In this document: positions 1-12,644 of the stretch, in pieces
Layout: every line of letters starts with the position of its first letter
Position numbering within the stretch: position 1 is the first letter of the stretch
From: Lama guanicoe
Taxonomy: Eukaryota
Direction: 5' to 3'
Assembly (NCBI GenBank): GCA_013239625.1
Contig: MU054212.1
Location: 9,162,898-9,226,897, forward strand
DNA: 64,000 nucleotides
The notes under the pieces: model-generated
What the model was told of the DNA's origin: nothing
The model's database searches: none
What the model saw: only the letters and a program-made list of their open reading frames with translations
Program-made: the position numbers and the translations under genes

Positions 1-19
1 GGCACCGCCTTGCTGGGTC

Positions 20-460
20 CTCTGCTCAGTGTCTCTGAGAGCAAGGCTGCAAAGTGTCGAGCAGGGCTGGTGTCCCGTCTAAAGCTTAGGATTCCCTTCC
101 AAGCTTCTGTGGTTGGCAGAACTCACTCTCTTGCAGCTGTAGAACTCATGGTGGCGTGCTGCTCCTTCAGGGCTGGTAGGATCCTCTCTCTCCTAGTCTC
201 TGAGCTCAGAAAAGTCGTAAACCGAAATCCACTGTTAAATGGCTCACCTGATTAGGTCAGGCCCACCCACAAAGCTCCCCGTTTGACAACTCAGAATCAA
301 CTGATTTGGGCCCTTAATAACATCTGCAGATTCCTTTCAGTTTTGCCATATAACATCACCTAATCGTGGGCCTGTCCTGCCTACACTCGATGGGAGGGGA
401 CCGTGCAGCACCTGAATCACAGGGGGTGGGATCTTGGGGTGCATCCTGCTCCTGCTCAAC
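20..460 (-). mobile_element. MaLR LTR (MLT1 family), degenerate
   Basis: Typical MLT1 segments: ggttggcagaactcactctcttgcagctgt, ggctcacctgattaggtcaggcccaccc, ccttaataacatctgca. Confidence 0.7.
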
Positions 461-615
461 ACTCTAAAGTAGTCCTTTCTCAAGTGAACTTGTCATCTGT
501 CTTGTTTCATCGCATGTTGTTATAATCGTGGCCACTGGCTACCATGCAAACAATGCCTTGAGAGCCTTGGGACAACCCCTAAGACATGTCTGTGTCCTGT
601 TCTTTCTTCATCCAG

Positions 616-759
616 ACCTTGTCAGGATTGCCAGACCAAGACACCTTCTACGACGTGGTGGACTGCCTGGAGGAGCTGGGCATCGCGGCTGTGTCCCAGC
701 GGCACTTGAGCAAGAAAGGGACTGACCTGGACTTGGTGGAGCAGTTGAACATTTATGAG
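616..759 (+). CDS. FHOD3: FHOD3 coding exon (likely exon 9), end of GBD/FH3 armadillo region; 144 nt, phase 0-0
   Basis: Acceptor ttcttcatccag|ACC and donor GAG|gtaaca. Encodes TLSGLPDQDTFYDVVDCLEELGIAAVSQRHLSKKGTDLDLVEQLNIYE, near-identical to human FHOD3 as recalled. Confidence 0.97.
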
Positions 760-835
760 GTAACAGGATCTGCCTTTTGTAAGGTGTCCTACAGCTTGGA
801 CCAACGTCAGAGGCAGAGGTGAACATACTCTAGAT

Positions 836-980
836 CAGTGGTTCTGCATGTGGGGTGGCAGCATTCACAAAACCTGGGAACTTCCAAAAAATGCAAGTTC
901 TCAGGCTCCACCCCAGACCTGCGGAACTAGCAACTCCAAGGGCGGGCCCAGCAGTCTGTGTCACACGTGCCTTCTGAGGG
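836..980. mobile_element. MER5A-like hAT-Charlie DNA transposon fragment
   Basis: cagtggttct start, aaaaatgcaagttctcaggctccaccccagacct, and gggcccagcagtctgtgt. Confidence 0.7.
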
Positions 981-1164
981 GGGAGGGAGGGAGCTGCAGA
1001 GATGGTGTTCTTTATCCTTCATGGGGGCAGAACCTCAGGCAGCGCTCTGTATAATTTGTAGGATCCAGTCCAAAATGAAAATGCAGAGAAAAAGTGCTCT
1101 TAAAGACACTAAACAACTTTTCACGTTCTTCTGCCTTCTCTCTCGCCTCCTCCTGGTGTTTTTT

Positions 1165-1570
1165 TATTTGTGAAAAATGTGTACTCATTGAAGAAGATTT
1201 GGAAAATACCAGAAAGTGTAAGAGAAAGAAACCATCCATGACTTTCTTACTAACCATGGTTAACATTCTGGTCTATTTTTCTAGGTTTTTTTGTATATGC
1301 AGGTGTATGTTCTAAACTCTGGGGATAATAGTCTATACACAGCGTTGCAAACTGAATCTTTACTAGAAATGTATTGGAACCATGTTCTTTTGTCACTGAA
1401 TCTTCTTCAAGAATGTCATTGTATTAGAAACATAATACCCTGTCTGTATGAAAGTACTATAACATACATGACCAGTGCCTGTTTGTTTGGATTTAGATTA
1501 CTTCCGAGTTTTTGCAGTTATAAATGCTGTTATGACGAACAGCTTTATTCATAAATGTTTGTGCACAGTG
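1165..1570 (-). mobile_element. Ancient L1 (L1ME-like) 3' fragment
   Basis: Degenerate AT-rich L1 3'UTR-like text (ttaacattctggtctattttt...ttttgcagttataaatgctgttatgac). Confidence 0.5.
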
Positions 1571-2405
1571 GGAGTCCGAGGAAGGATATTTCTCAGCTGA
1601 ATGGCTCCATTGTGATCTTCACTGGGTAGAAATGGAGAGACTGTTTCCTAAAAGTTGCTGTCATAATAAGCGACAAGCAGAATTATTCTTGTTACGATCT
1701 CAGGCGAAGTCAGTGGAAACTGAACCAGAGATACTTGCTGGCAGAGAGTCGAGCTCCCCACGGCTGGCCAGCGCTCTGTGCCCCTGCTCCGGGCATCTCC
1801 TCTAACCAAGCCTCACTTACCCAGTTACCTGCTCACACTTCTGTGTTTCATTATCACTGGCACGTGGCATCGGGAAGCCAGTGGGTGGCAGAGGGGTATG
1901 TTCTTATGGCCCCTAAAAGGGATGATAAAGAAAGAATGAAGTAAGAATACTAAAGGTGGAGAAGGCAGGGACTAAAGACACTTGGTTTCCAAGAAGGTGG
2001 AAGAAGGACTTTTCCCAGTACACAGACCTCCCTTCCTCCCCCTCCCACCTGCTCAGAACTCCGGCCCTCAAGACTCTGCTCAGCCAGCGGCTTCTATGGT
2101 CACAGCGTGGGTTCTGTGTGGTCAGTGTTCACCAGAAGATCGCACGATGCGGGTGCATTTCCCAGCCGGCACACCCACCCCAGAGATTACTTCCTCTTCC
2201 CGGGCTCTCTTTCTCCCAGCCTGCCTGACTCTCCCGCTCCCTCCCCATCTGCCTTTTTCCATTCAGGCCTGACTTTTCAAAAGATGTTCTGTATTCACCA
2301 TCTTCCTTTTGTCAAATGGCATTTGTGTAACATTTTAGCACTGAGTACATATCATTCACAAACGTAGCATGTGTGTGTCTTAACGAACACAGAACAAACA
2401 CCCAG

Positions 2406-2840
2406 TGTGATGCTTAATTTTATGTGTCACCTTGACTGGGCCACGGGGTGCCCAGATATTTGATCAAACGTTATTCTGTGTCTGTTCGGGTGTTTTGGGA
2501 TGAGGGTAGCATTCAGATGGGTAGGTAGGCTGAGTAAAGAAGGTTGCCCTCCCCCATGTGGGTGGGCCTCATCCTGTCTGTTGAAGGCCTGAATAGAACA
2601 GAAGGCAAAAGCAAGAGAGAATTCACTCTCTACCTGATGCAAATGAGCTGGGATGTAGGTTGCCTGTTACCTTTGACCTCCTACTGGAACTAACAGCATT
2701 GACCCTCTTGGTTCCCAGGCCTTTGCACTGCAGATATGGGGACTTCTCTACCTCCATAATCATGTGAGCAGGTTCCTTATACTAAATCTCCATGTATATC
2801 CTATTTTTTTCTGTTTTTCTGGAGAACCTTAACTAATACA
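2406..2840 (+). mobile_element. MLT2 (ERVL) solo LTR
   Basis: Begins tgtgatgcttaattttatgtgtcaccttgactgggcca and ends ctggagaaccttaactaataca, the characteristic TG...CA MLT2 termini. Confidence 0.88.
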
Positions 2841-3879
2841 CTCAAACATTTCAGAACTAGAATATTACCAGTGACTTGGAAGTGTCCTTGGTAGCCCTCT
2901 TTGGTGTCATCCTACTAACCCCTAACATAATTCTCTTTTTTTTTTAAAAGAAGGTAATTTTACCTGCAAATGTCTCACTCTGTCAGCTAACACAGAGCAT
3001 CAGATTCTTAAAGAGGAGTTGAAAAATCTGAGCTCTTGCTATCTATAGCAGAGCTACACTAATCTCCCTAGGCTAATAATTTTCAGAATATAGAGGTGCC
3101 GGAGAAGCAGGGAGAGATCTGAGGCATCCCTTGTGACTCCCAGGTCTTCCTTTTTGTCCATCAGACATGTGCTTTCTGACCCAGAACAATAGACAAGGTC
3201 TCCAGGTGTGGTTCACAGGGCACCTCACCCAGCAGGCAGAATTCAGTTAAGAAGCATCTCTGCTACACAGCCCAGTGGGTCATGGCTTATAAACTCATAA
3301 ATTCTGTGTGTATTTCATGTAGGTAATCTTTAGCTGATCCTAACCTGCTGAGGGCATTCTAGACACAAGAGCTCTCATTTTAGCAACTGTCATCAGACTG
3401 TTTATTAGGTAGTCTAGTTATTAGCATATTTATGAAAGATTGGATGGGGTCAGTGTCTTCTCTCTTTCCCCAGAAGCATCACTCCTACAAAAGGAGTGGA
3501 GGGATCGCCGGCCAGCTGCTTTAACTCCTTCCTCCCAGTCGGTAGCGCTAAACAACATATTGTTGAATTTTGTCTTTTTATAAATGGAACTATACCATCT
3601 GTGTCCTCCTACACTTTGGCTTGTTTCTGAGACGTACCCATGTTGTCATGTGGAGTTCTGGTTTGTTCATTTTCACTGCTGATGAATATATCCCAATTTA
3701 TTTATCTTCTCTTCTCTTGACGGATGTTGGCTGGTTACAGTTTTGTTGCCATGACGACACTACCATGAGCATTCTTGTCCTTTTTGTGTGTGTGCCATAT
3801 TTTTTAGGTTTAAGTATCCGTTTTTTTCATGTAGCTTAGTAGTAGTATAAAGATATAAACTCAAAGAAATGTTAATAGC

Positions 3880-4205
3880 TTTTGACATCCATTAAGAATG
3901 CTCAGATTGTTGGCTGTTTGATGATATTAAATTATTTTTGGTGAGACAGTAGAAGGCTGGTTATGGTTTTTAGAAATCCTTATCTTCTAGGGATAAATAC
4001 TGAATATTCATGGATGAAATGATATGGTCTGGGATTTACCTAAAAAATAAAACCTCTGGCTGTGGGGTCGGATGCAGGGAGGTAAATGAGACAAGCGTGG
4101 CCAGGGCAGGTAATTGTTGAACTGTCATGGATGGTGAGCACATAAGTCTTTATATTCTTCTCCATACTTTGTATATGTTTGAAAATTTCCACAAAATTTT
4201 AAAAA
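3880..4205 (+). mobile_element. Old L1 (L1MC/L1ME) 3' end
   Basis: aatccttatcttctagggataaatactgaatattcatggatgaaatgatatg...tactttgtatatgtttgaaaatttccacaaaat. Confidence 0.7.
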
Positions 4206-6144
4206 GAATAATTACGTCATTCAGTGGCCCCAAACACTGCTGGCAGTTGTCGCAGATGCCAGGAGCTTAATCTGCCCCTAACTGCTTTCTTGGTGACAGC
4301 ACAGCGGGTACAAGCAGTCAATACTGGATTCGGAGCCTCCTCATTCCTCACCTGGTTCTGTAGGCAGTGTTCTGCATTTGATTAGAAGAGTTAGAGTGTA
4401 TCTGACGAGAGGTCCAGCAAACAGATACTCCATCACTTGGATGAGATGAGAGATCGATGAGGACATGGCTGGTCTCACCTTGTGTTCCGTGAAGGACACT
4501 GACTGTACTTGTAGTTAATAAGATCTGACACCACAGGTTCTGAGTAAGTCTCTTGGCAGGGGCTGTTCTCTGCAGGTGTTTTTCAGCTCTTAGTGGTCTT
4601 AGTGGACTCCAATCCGAGTGCTCCCTAGAATCTGAAGAATCTGGAACTGCCACCGTGGCCCGACATGTGAAAGAGGTGTCTCTTCCTGTCATTGGCGGAC
4701 ACTAGTGATGCTGAGATTCTTCTTGTTAAAAAAAACACACACACAAAACCGTGAGCAAAGACCAGCCCCAAATTTCACATTTCACTGTTCCTGACTGCCA
4801 AGCCCAAGGCTGCTCTTGGATCTACTGGGATTCTGAGCCCCATTTACCACCTCCAGGCATCTTTTTCTTTGTTTAAGGAGGTGGATTTTTGTTTTCGTTT
4901 TTGAGGCTCTGAACTTCAGACAGCCCTCACTGAAGTACATTTTATGGAGCTGCTTTGATAACTTTTCAAGATTTTCTTTTCACTTAAGCTTTCCAGTTCT
5001 CCATCTTCCTTGACAAAAGGCAGTTAATTTGTGTGCACACCATGTGCTTCTCTGAAAGGAACTGTGAGTGGAATGCTATTTGATCCTTGGATCTCTGAGG
5101 TTAGACAAGGAATTAGAAATATCTGAACTCCACTTTTCCCCCTAATCATATCATTCCAAATGTGAATAGTAAGCAGAGTCAATACTCCGGGCCAGAATAA
5201 GTCCACATGGTCTAGAGTTTTTGTTTCCAAAAATGAAAAACTAATTGGCTAGTGATATTTTAAAATGCTGTGCTTTGCTGGGTGTATAATCATTCTCAAA
5301 CTTTGCCCAGAGAATGCCATTTAAAGTGTGAAAGTGGAGATGATAAAAGTGATGAAACAAATGCAAAATTTCTTTCTTCGTTTCCGCAGTGATACTGCAG
5401 AGGGTTCCCCAGGAAATAGACTTTCCGGCCAGATATAACAACAGCTTTTTCTAAGCTTTTATCAATTCTGACCTCAAACCTCCACCAATTATGTCTGACT
5501 AGTAAATTCTAGGGGAACAGAATAGTCAAAATATTATTAAACTGTCTTCCTCTATCTGGGAGTTTGTTAGAAAATGTATCTGGCACGTAGAGAGAAGAGT
5601 TTTCATTAAATTGATCTTACATAAAAGCTCGAGCTGGAGGAAACTGGTGATGGAGCCGATAAAAGGCGGCTGCACTCCTGTGAAACAGTCATGCGTCTCA
5701 GGCACCCATCCCTGTGAACCTGAAGAGAGTGGCCAGCCTGGCCTCGACTTTGCCGAGCTCAACTTGCTATGTGAACACGAATGCCAACACTTGGACGTAG
5801 GGGATTACTGATTTCACAGTAGCCAGGTGTAGACAGGTGATGTGAAAGCCAGGTCGTGTGTGGTTAGCTATCTGGGCCTTTATATTACTTCTCCATTCCC
5901 TCACTTGTCCTGACTGAGTTGTGAAATGTGCCCAAGAGCACCCACAGGACTGGAAAATATGTACTTTGGGGGGACATGGGACCATGTGACTCCTTGGGTG
6001 CCGAGTCAGAGAGACTGCTGGACTGGGTTGGGCCTGGTTCCTGTGGGCTGTGGGGTGGCCTGACCCACCAATTGCATATGATAGAGGAATTTATGGGCAT
6101 CCTAGGCCCTTTCATCTGTGGGCACAGGTGGGAAAGAATGGTTG

Positions 6145-6330
6145 TGTTTATCGAGTACCAGCCACAGGGAAAGCCCTACCCTAGCTGCTTTACATACATT
6201 AGATATGTTATTCTTACCAGAAACCTACAAATGTGATCCTGTGAGGCTCCTTTGGTGAAGGAGAAAGAGACAGCAGTTTGACGCAGGTCACGTCTGGTCT
6301 GTTAGTGGCACAGCCAGCCACACACAGGGC
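6145..6330 (-). mobile_element. MIR SINE, degenerate
   Basis: gtgtttatcgagtacc...gctttacatacattag...ttcttaccagaaacct...gcaggtcac...gttagtggcacagcc. Confidence 0.55.
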
Positions 6331-7398
6331 TAGTCCACAGTGTGTGTTCTTCTGGAGGTCTAGCTTTTGAGAAGGTAGGCATAAAAATAATTAGAGAAGC
6401 TGGAGATACAGATTAGCACCTAGGACTAGGAAGACTGGGAGCCAGCAAGAAGGAGATCTGTGTAGGAGCACAGATGGTTGGTGTTAATGTGAAAGGAGAG
6501 GGCTGTTTGGAGGATCCAGGATGGAGGAGACTAAGAGATGGCCAGACTGGACAGGGCACCACCCAACTAGGAGCAGGGCTGCGATATCCCTTGAAAGGGG
6601 GTAGGAGGCTGGGGACATTTGGCTCAGGTTTCCACGTGAAAGCTGAAGTGGTCAAGTGTAAGGCAGTTATTCTTCTGCACAAGTATGCATTGCTGTTAGG
6701 AAGTCAAAAAAAAAAAACACGTTAATCCTAGAGGTCTAGTCTATTTCTGGTCTGTATTTTTGTGACTGCACATGCAGGCTGCCTAGAGTGACTGCAGGCC
6801 CCACCCCCACGGTACCCAGGCTGTGGGCAGTCCCCGGGGAGGGCGGTGGCCCGGGGTCCGCGGTGCAGGTCCTGCTGCACCAGGCCCCTCCAGAGACCCG
6901 CTGATGACTCGTTTCCACTCACCTGGAGCTTGCGGCTCCTGCCTCTGACCAGAATCTCTGCTATGCTCTTCGGACCAGCCTCACTGGGAAGGGAGCTCCG
7001 GCATGGTGTGGAACTCCAGGGCTTCCCCCCGCTGGGCTTCCGGGGAGACGCCGCCTCCTGGTCCAGAGAAGAGCAAAGGGTGGGCCAGGAGCGAGGACCC
7101 CGGCAAGGGCAGTGCCCGGCCACAGAGGGAAGAGCCCAGCTAATTACAAACTATTTCTCAGACCTACCCCTGACATCGGTTGACCTTTCGTATCCATTTG
7201 GGAAAATCCACAGTGAGTGGCGAGCATCTCTCAGTTTGCCGACTGTGCTTTGGGTTACCTGTGACTATGATAGCCTTGCAGAGAAGCGGAAGCCCAGGCT
7301 GGGAGGAGTCAGTGTTAAGTCCTCGTGAAGGGCCAGACTGAAAAGCTAAGAGAGGCTGTCAAGTCTGACCTTGCACTGGGTGCCCTCTGCTGTTTCAG

Positions 7399-7649
7399 GT
7401 GGCGCTCCGGCACGAGGACGAGGACAGCGATGAGACAGCGGAGCCGCCCCCCAGCGGGCGGCGGGACCGGAGGAGGGCCAGCGTGTGTTCCGGCGGCGGC
7501 TCGGGGGGCGAGCAGCGGGGCCTGGACCGCAGGCGCAGCCGCAGGCACTCCGTGCAGAGCATCCGGAGTCCTCTGTCCGCTCCCTCCAGCCCCTGCTCCA
7601 CCTCGGCTCCAGGCTTCAAGTCCAGTCAAGTGCGAGATCTCCGCGAAAA
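7399..7649 (+). CDS. FHOD3: FHOD3 coding exon (likely exon 10); 251 nt, phase 0-2
   Basis: Acceptor tgctgtttcag|GTG and donor AA|gtaagc. Encodes VALRHEDEDSDETAEPPPSGRRDRRRASVC...RRSRRHSVQSIRS...QVRDLRE(K), in frame with the previous exon. Confidence 0.96.
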
Positions 7650-7820
7650 GTAAGCACTAACCCAGCCATCCAGGGGGCGCAAGGACACGGAAAAGAGGGA
7701 GGCAGGCCACGCCCCCAAAGGCGCCCACGGCCATCCCTGCCCCACCAGCTCCCCGCCTCTTCTCTACCACTGAAACACCGCCCAGCGCCCCTGGCACTCC
7801 CCTGGGCGAGACGGCCCTAG
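7399..7820. other. Intragenic CpG-rich patch over exon 10 and the start of intron 10
   Basis: Visibly high GC and CpG density relative to the flanks (not computed). Confidence 0.6.
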
Positions 7821-8869
7821 TGACCTGCACAGATTTGATCTTACTAACCCCATGAACTCTTCTTCACTCACTTGTGTTTTTATACAATATCTCAGTTAAT
7901 ATCTATTTAGAAAAGCTGTCTTATCAATTGGAAGAAAATCTGAAACACAAAACTTTGACCTAGAAATAAATGGTAAGCCACGTGAATGTGACAGGTACTC
8001 ATGACAATATATAGTTGAGGTTGAGTAGAATAAATATATAATTAAGTATTATTATATATTTTGTACATATATATAATTTCAGTAAATTCTAATGTATCAT
8101 TTATTCAGCAGTCATACAGCAAACATTTTTGTTAAGTGTCTGTTATAGGCCAGGAGTATCTGAAGTCATGACCACATGTAAATGGAAAAGGTATGCTCTC
8201 CATTCTTGTGAACCTCCCATCTGGGCTGGGAGAAAGTAAGAATGAAGAAAGGACATAGGAAGAAACAGAAAGATTAACAATCCCATGAGAAATTATATAT
8301 ATGCAAATATAAAGTTGGACAGAATCTCTAGGAGCTCAGAAGTGCTTCCATAAAGCAGAGGTGTGGCAAAAGGGCAGCCATGCTGCTCTGGGGTCTGCGT
8401 CCAGTCATCTTGTCCTAAATGGATGCTCTCAGTTTACTAGGACAACGGGGCTCTGTGGACCAGTCCATGCCAGCCGGGTCCACCGGGGCTGACTGATGCA
8501 CTGATTCCAGTGCAGGCTCCCTGCTGCTGGCTGGCAGAAGCCCTGCTCACATCATTTGGCCAGATCATTGTCCCTCATCATGGAGATCCACCTGGGAGCC
8601 AGATGTGGGTCAGGCGGCTGCATGGTGAAGAGCATAACGCAGAATAAGTGGGATGAGTTAAGAGAGCGATCAAGATATGTCCCTTCCTCTCCCTCCCGAA
8701 GGAAACACCTACCCCCGCCACTACCAGGAAGTGCCCAGAGCAGTCTGGTAGTCGTGGGGTCACTGGAGCATGAGCCAGCCTGTGCCTTTGGGTGCCTCCT
8801 ATTGCAGAAGGAGGAGGAGGGCCTCAGTCTGAGAGTGACGTGCCAGGCATGGTCCATGTTGACACCTTT

Positions 8870-9180
8870 GTTTCATCTTCTTTTTAGTTTACTTTGTTGT
8901 TTTTTTTCTGGATTTGTAAGTTGTTTGTTTAATTCATTTCTTTTTATCCTTTGACCATCTTGCATTCCTGGAATATAACCCACTTGGTCGTGATGTGTTC
9001 TTTTCTGAAACGTGCTGTTGGAATCCTGTTCGATACTAATTTCTTTAGGATTTTTACACAAATTTTTGCAAGTAGGATTGGTCTTCCCCTTCAGCTTTCT
9101 TCCCTCTTCCTCTCCTTTTTTGTTTGCCGTCCCTATCAGCTTGGACATCCCTGTTATGCAAGCATCATAAAAGAATGATT
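8870..9180 (-). mobile_element. L1 ORF2 fragment (decayed)
   Basis: Minus-strand translation contains RTHHDQVGYIPGMQD, matching the L1 RT motif HHDQVGFIPGMQG. Confidence 0.8.
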
Positions 9181-10784
9181 GTGGTGGTCATGAGACTCCA
9201 CTTGTATGTGGCTTCTGTACAGTTCATTCCTGGTGACTATGTCTCTGAATGTCTCCAGGGTACCTCTCTGATTGTTCCTCCTCAGTGTCCTTCCCTGGAT
9301 CTTTCTTCTCTGTCCCCTCGCTTTCAGTGTTGGTTTTGCTATTTCTAAGAGTCTGCATACCAGAAGCTCTATTTTAGTGAAAAGAAGACCAGAACTTCTG
9401 AACAGATTGAGGAGTGAGAGAGTCCACTGTGAACACTGAACTTAGTGATCTAACATCTTCAGGAAACTCAAGCAATGCTCGAAGGACCCTGGAGGCACTC
9501 TCTGGCACTGCTTCTGGCTAATTGCTTGAGAAAATGACATGGGGAGAGTTGAGCAAAGTGTACACCCTGGGATGAAAAACCTCTACTTAAAACCACCGAA
9601 GATGCTAAGGGCAGGAGTTAGGGGGCCTTGTCAGTAGATCTCGGGGTTCTTCTGCTCTGGCTGACTGATGTCAAGTTTGTTTCTTTTCTGTTTCTTGCTG
9701 TCACACGTCTCAAAGGCCTGTGTGTTGTGAGTTCAGGTGACAACACCTTGTGATATGTCGGCAAAGGTAACAGCAGTGAGGTGGACCATCCTGGGCACAG
9801 TTGATGGTTTCGAGGCTCTGGGCTTGGTGGGATCCGGAACGGGAGGCTGCAGGTGCTCCTCCAAATGCTGCTGTCTCGGTGTTTCCAAATACGACTGATT
9901 TTCATTTTACTGAAATTATTACTTTGATGTAAATTTCATAGCATTTGTTTTAGAAAAATCCACTTTCCCGCTTATAAAGAAAGATAACAGGTTCAAGATT
10001 GATGATTATGAAGGGGCTTCATCCGCGAAGCCTGTTGAAGGGATTTTTGCCCCGTGGCCCCAGAATGACAGTATAATTTTGGCAGAGGGGCAGGGTGGCG
10101 AGAAGGAAGCTGGGAAACAATTCCTGCACGTAGAGCTGAGTCACCTGCCCAACATCTGTGCCTCCAAACGCTACCTTAGAATCAAGAAGTTCATTGTGTT
10201 CGATTCCCTGTAGACCTGGAAAGACACAGATGCATGCCTGACCTAGATTACTCTTCATCTCTGTGAACGTTCTGGCCCTCCTTACCCCATACTTGTAGCA
10301 ACACGCCTGCCTCCGCCGCCCTGCCTCCGCCGCGTAGGAGGAATTTTAGGCTGGATTTTGTAACTCTGTGATCCAATGAATGCCAAAACTTTGGAAAACA
10401 AGATGGAACTATGTTATAGGTTGGAAAGAGATTCACGTTGTCCTAAAAGGTATATAATAGCACTCTGCACGCAGATGGTCCTTCTGTGTCTCTTGAACTC
10501 TCATGATGATTCTCTGCAGGGTCTAGGCAAGACAAGTGTTCTTATCTTCCCATTACAAATGAGAAAACAGTCGGGGGGTTGGCGCCATGTGATTCATCGC
10601 AGGACAAGGGGGCTGAGTCACGGGGGGGAATCCAAGTCTTTGGCCTTCGCTTCTCAGTGTCTGAATCATACACAATCGTTTCCCAACTTACCGTTCCTAA
10701 ACATAATCCCTAAGTGAGATTTGCACGTCTGACTTTTTAGAGAGGCAGTTTGACTTAAATACTATGTAGGTGTGTATTTTTCAA

Positions 10785-11025
10785 TGTATTTTTTAAATTG
10801 AAGGATAGTTGATTTACAATGTTGTATTACTTTCTGGTATACAGCATAGTGTGTGTGTGTGTATATATATATATACACACATATATATTTATGTTTCTTT
10901 TTTATTATAGGTTACTAAAGCCGTTGAGAATAGTTCCCTGTGCTATACAGTGGGACCTTGTTGTTTATCTGTTCTCTACTTAGTAGTTTATGTCTGCCAA
11001 TCCCAAACTCCCAGTTTATTTCCGT
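10785..11025 (-). mobile_element. L1 3' end (artiodactyl/camelid type) with internal (TG)n(TA)n microsatellite at about 10850-10890
   Basis: ttgaaggatagttgatttacaatgttg...atagttccctgtgctatacagtgggaccttgttgtttatc...cccaaactcccagtttat. Confidence 0.85.
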
Positions 11026-11965
11026 GTATTTTTAGTCAAGTAAATATGAAAATTCGAAGAGAATCAAAAAGAAAAAAAATCTGCCAAGTCTTCTTACAGA
11101 CCAAGGCCTGCCAGGCTGTGTGCTTTAATTCTGAGGACTAATAAGGCTGTAAACTCACATTGCTTTGCTTTAGCTTCTAAAAAAGTAGAACCCCACGCCA
11201 AGTATTTACCAAATAAGGTATGAGTGTATTGGTCACCTGCCACCCACAAGTACCTTTTGTGACTGTGTGTGCCATACTGTGTTTTATCTTTGCAGTTAAA
11301 ATCTACAGATTTGATTGGAAGGAAGAGAAATGTTGGATGCTTTCATATTTTACCAAGAAAATTATTACTTAGCATCTAATCAGCCAAGAAGCCAGTGACT
11401 CTGGTTTAAATTTTAATCGTCTCTAATGTTCGGACTAAAAAGTCTTCGGGGTTGTCTAGCCCAGAGCAGGAGCACTTTCTGTGCCCTCAGGCTCAAGACA
11501 CTCTCCTCCCTGAAACACCCCATCCTCTCCTTCAACTTTTCAGCTCATTGTGAAAGTCATTTGACCTAAATGTGCTCGGTAACGTTACAACTCTTATTAT
11601 TGCTTAGCATTTCGTTGTATGGATAAAATTTCCCTATAATGTTTCTCTGTTCATCCTGGTTCTGACCTCTGTCAGCACACACCAGGTCATCTTCCTGCTC
11701 TTGTATGTCAGTCTTTCTGGTGATGAGCGTGGCATGGGACTTTATAACACGTGAACTTTCAGTGTCATCCTGTTGATCTCCACACAGCATCCCAGCCCAC
11801 AGAGGTAGCTCTGAACTTCATTTAGTCACTGACGTCAGCAGTTGTGCCATCTAGCTTTCAGTCACACGTGCATTTCAGTACACACGAAAGAGTGACGTGG
11901 CGGGCAGTGGATGATGACAACAGATTGGGAGTGGATGGTACAGACTGTTCCCACGTGTCAGAGGC

Positions 11966-12288
11966 CTGGGTTGGAAACTCTCTGTCAAGGGCCAGATAAT
12001 ATATATGTTAAGCTTTGTGGGCCAGACGGTCTTTGCTGCAACTGCGCAACTGAATTCTTGCCTTTGTAGCATAAAAGCAGCCATGGACAACAGGTAAGCG
12101 AATGAGCATGGCTGCCTTCCAGTGAAACTTTATTTATGGACCCTGAGATTTGAGTTTTACATGTAATGGAAGATTCTTTAGACTTTTTCTCCCCCAACCA
12201 TTAAAAAATGTGAAAACCATGCTTAGCTGACAGACTGTACCAAAACAGGTGGTGGGCCAGACTTGGCCCATAGTCTTGCCAACCCATG
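11966..12288. mobile_element. MER58B-like hAT-Charlie element
   Basis: ctgggttggaaact...aagggccagata...gtagcataaaagcagccatggacaa...gtggtgggccagacttggccc...ttgccaaccc, with imperfect terminal inverted repeats. Confidence 0.85.
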
Positions 12289-12644
12289 TTCTAAGGGGCT
12301 TGAGGAAAGTTCTGGGGAAGTGGTCCAGGGTTGGCAAAGAGGAGTAAGAGGGAAGAACCCATCCTGCTGTGTGAGATGGCTGTTAGGGACCGTGTCCTGA
12401 AGTCCAGGGTTAGAGCAGGGAATCGTCAGTGAAGACACGGAGACTGTTGCTGATGGCTGCTCGTGAGTCCCCAGTCGAAGATAGAGTGGGTCGGAGAGGG
12501 CAGGAGATGAGTCAGACGGGGGGAGGGGAGGGACACAGAGAGCCAGCAGGGAGGTAGGGGGTTTGGCAGTGAGTCCAGGAAAGTTGGGGCTGCTTGGGGA
12601 GGGGAGGTGGAGGCAGGCGGGGATCAGTCCCAGTGGTCCCATGG

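Noticed and set aside
8873..9148. Reverse-transcriptase-like peptide
   Set aside because: Short decayed L1 ORF2 fragment, not an intact or domesticated RT.
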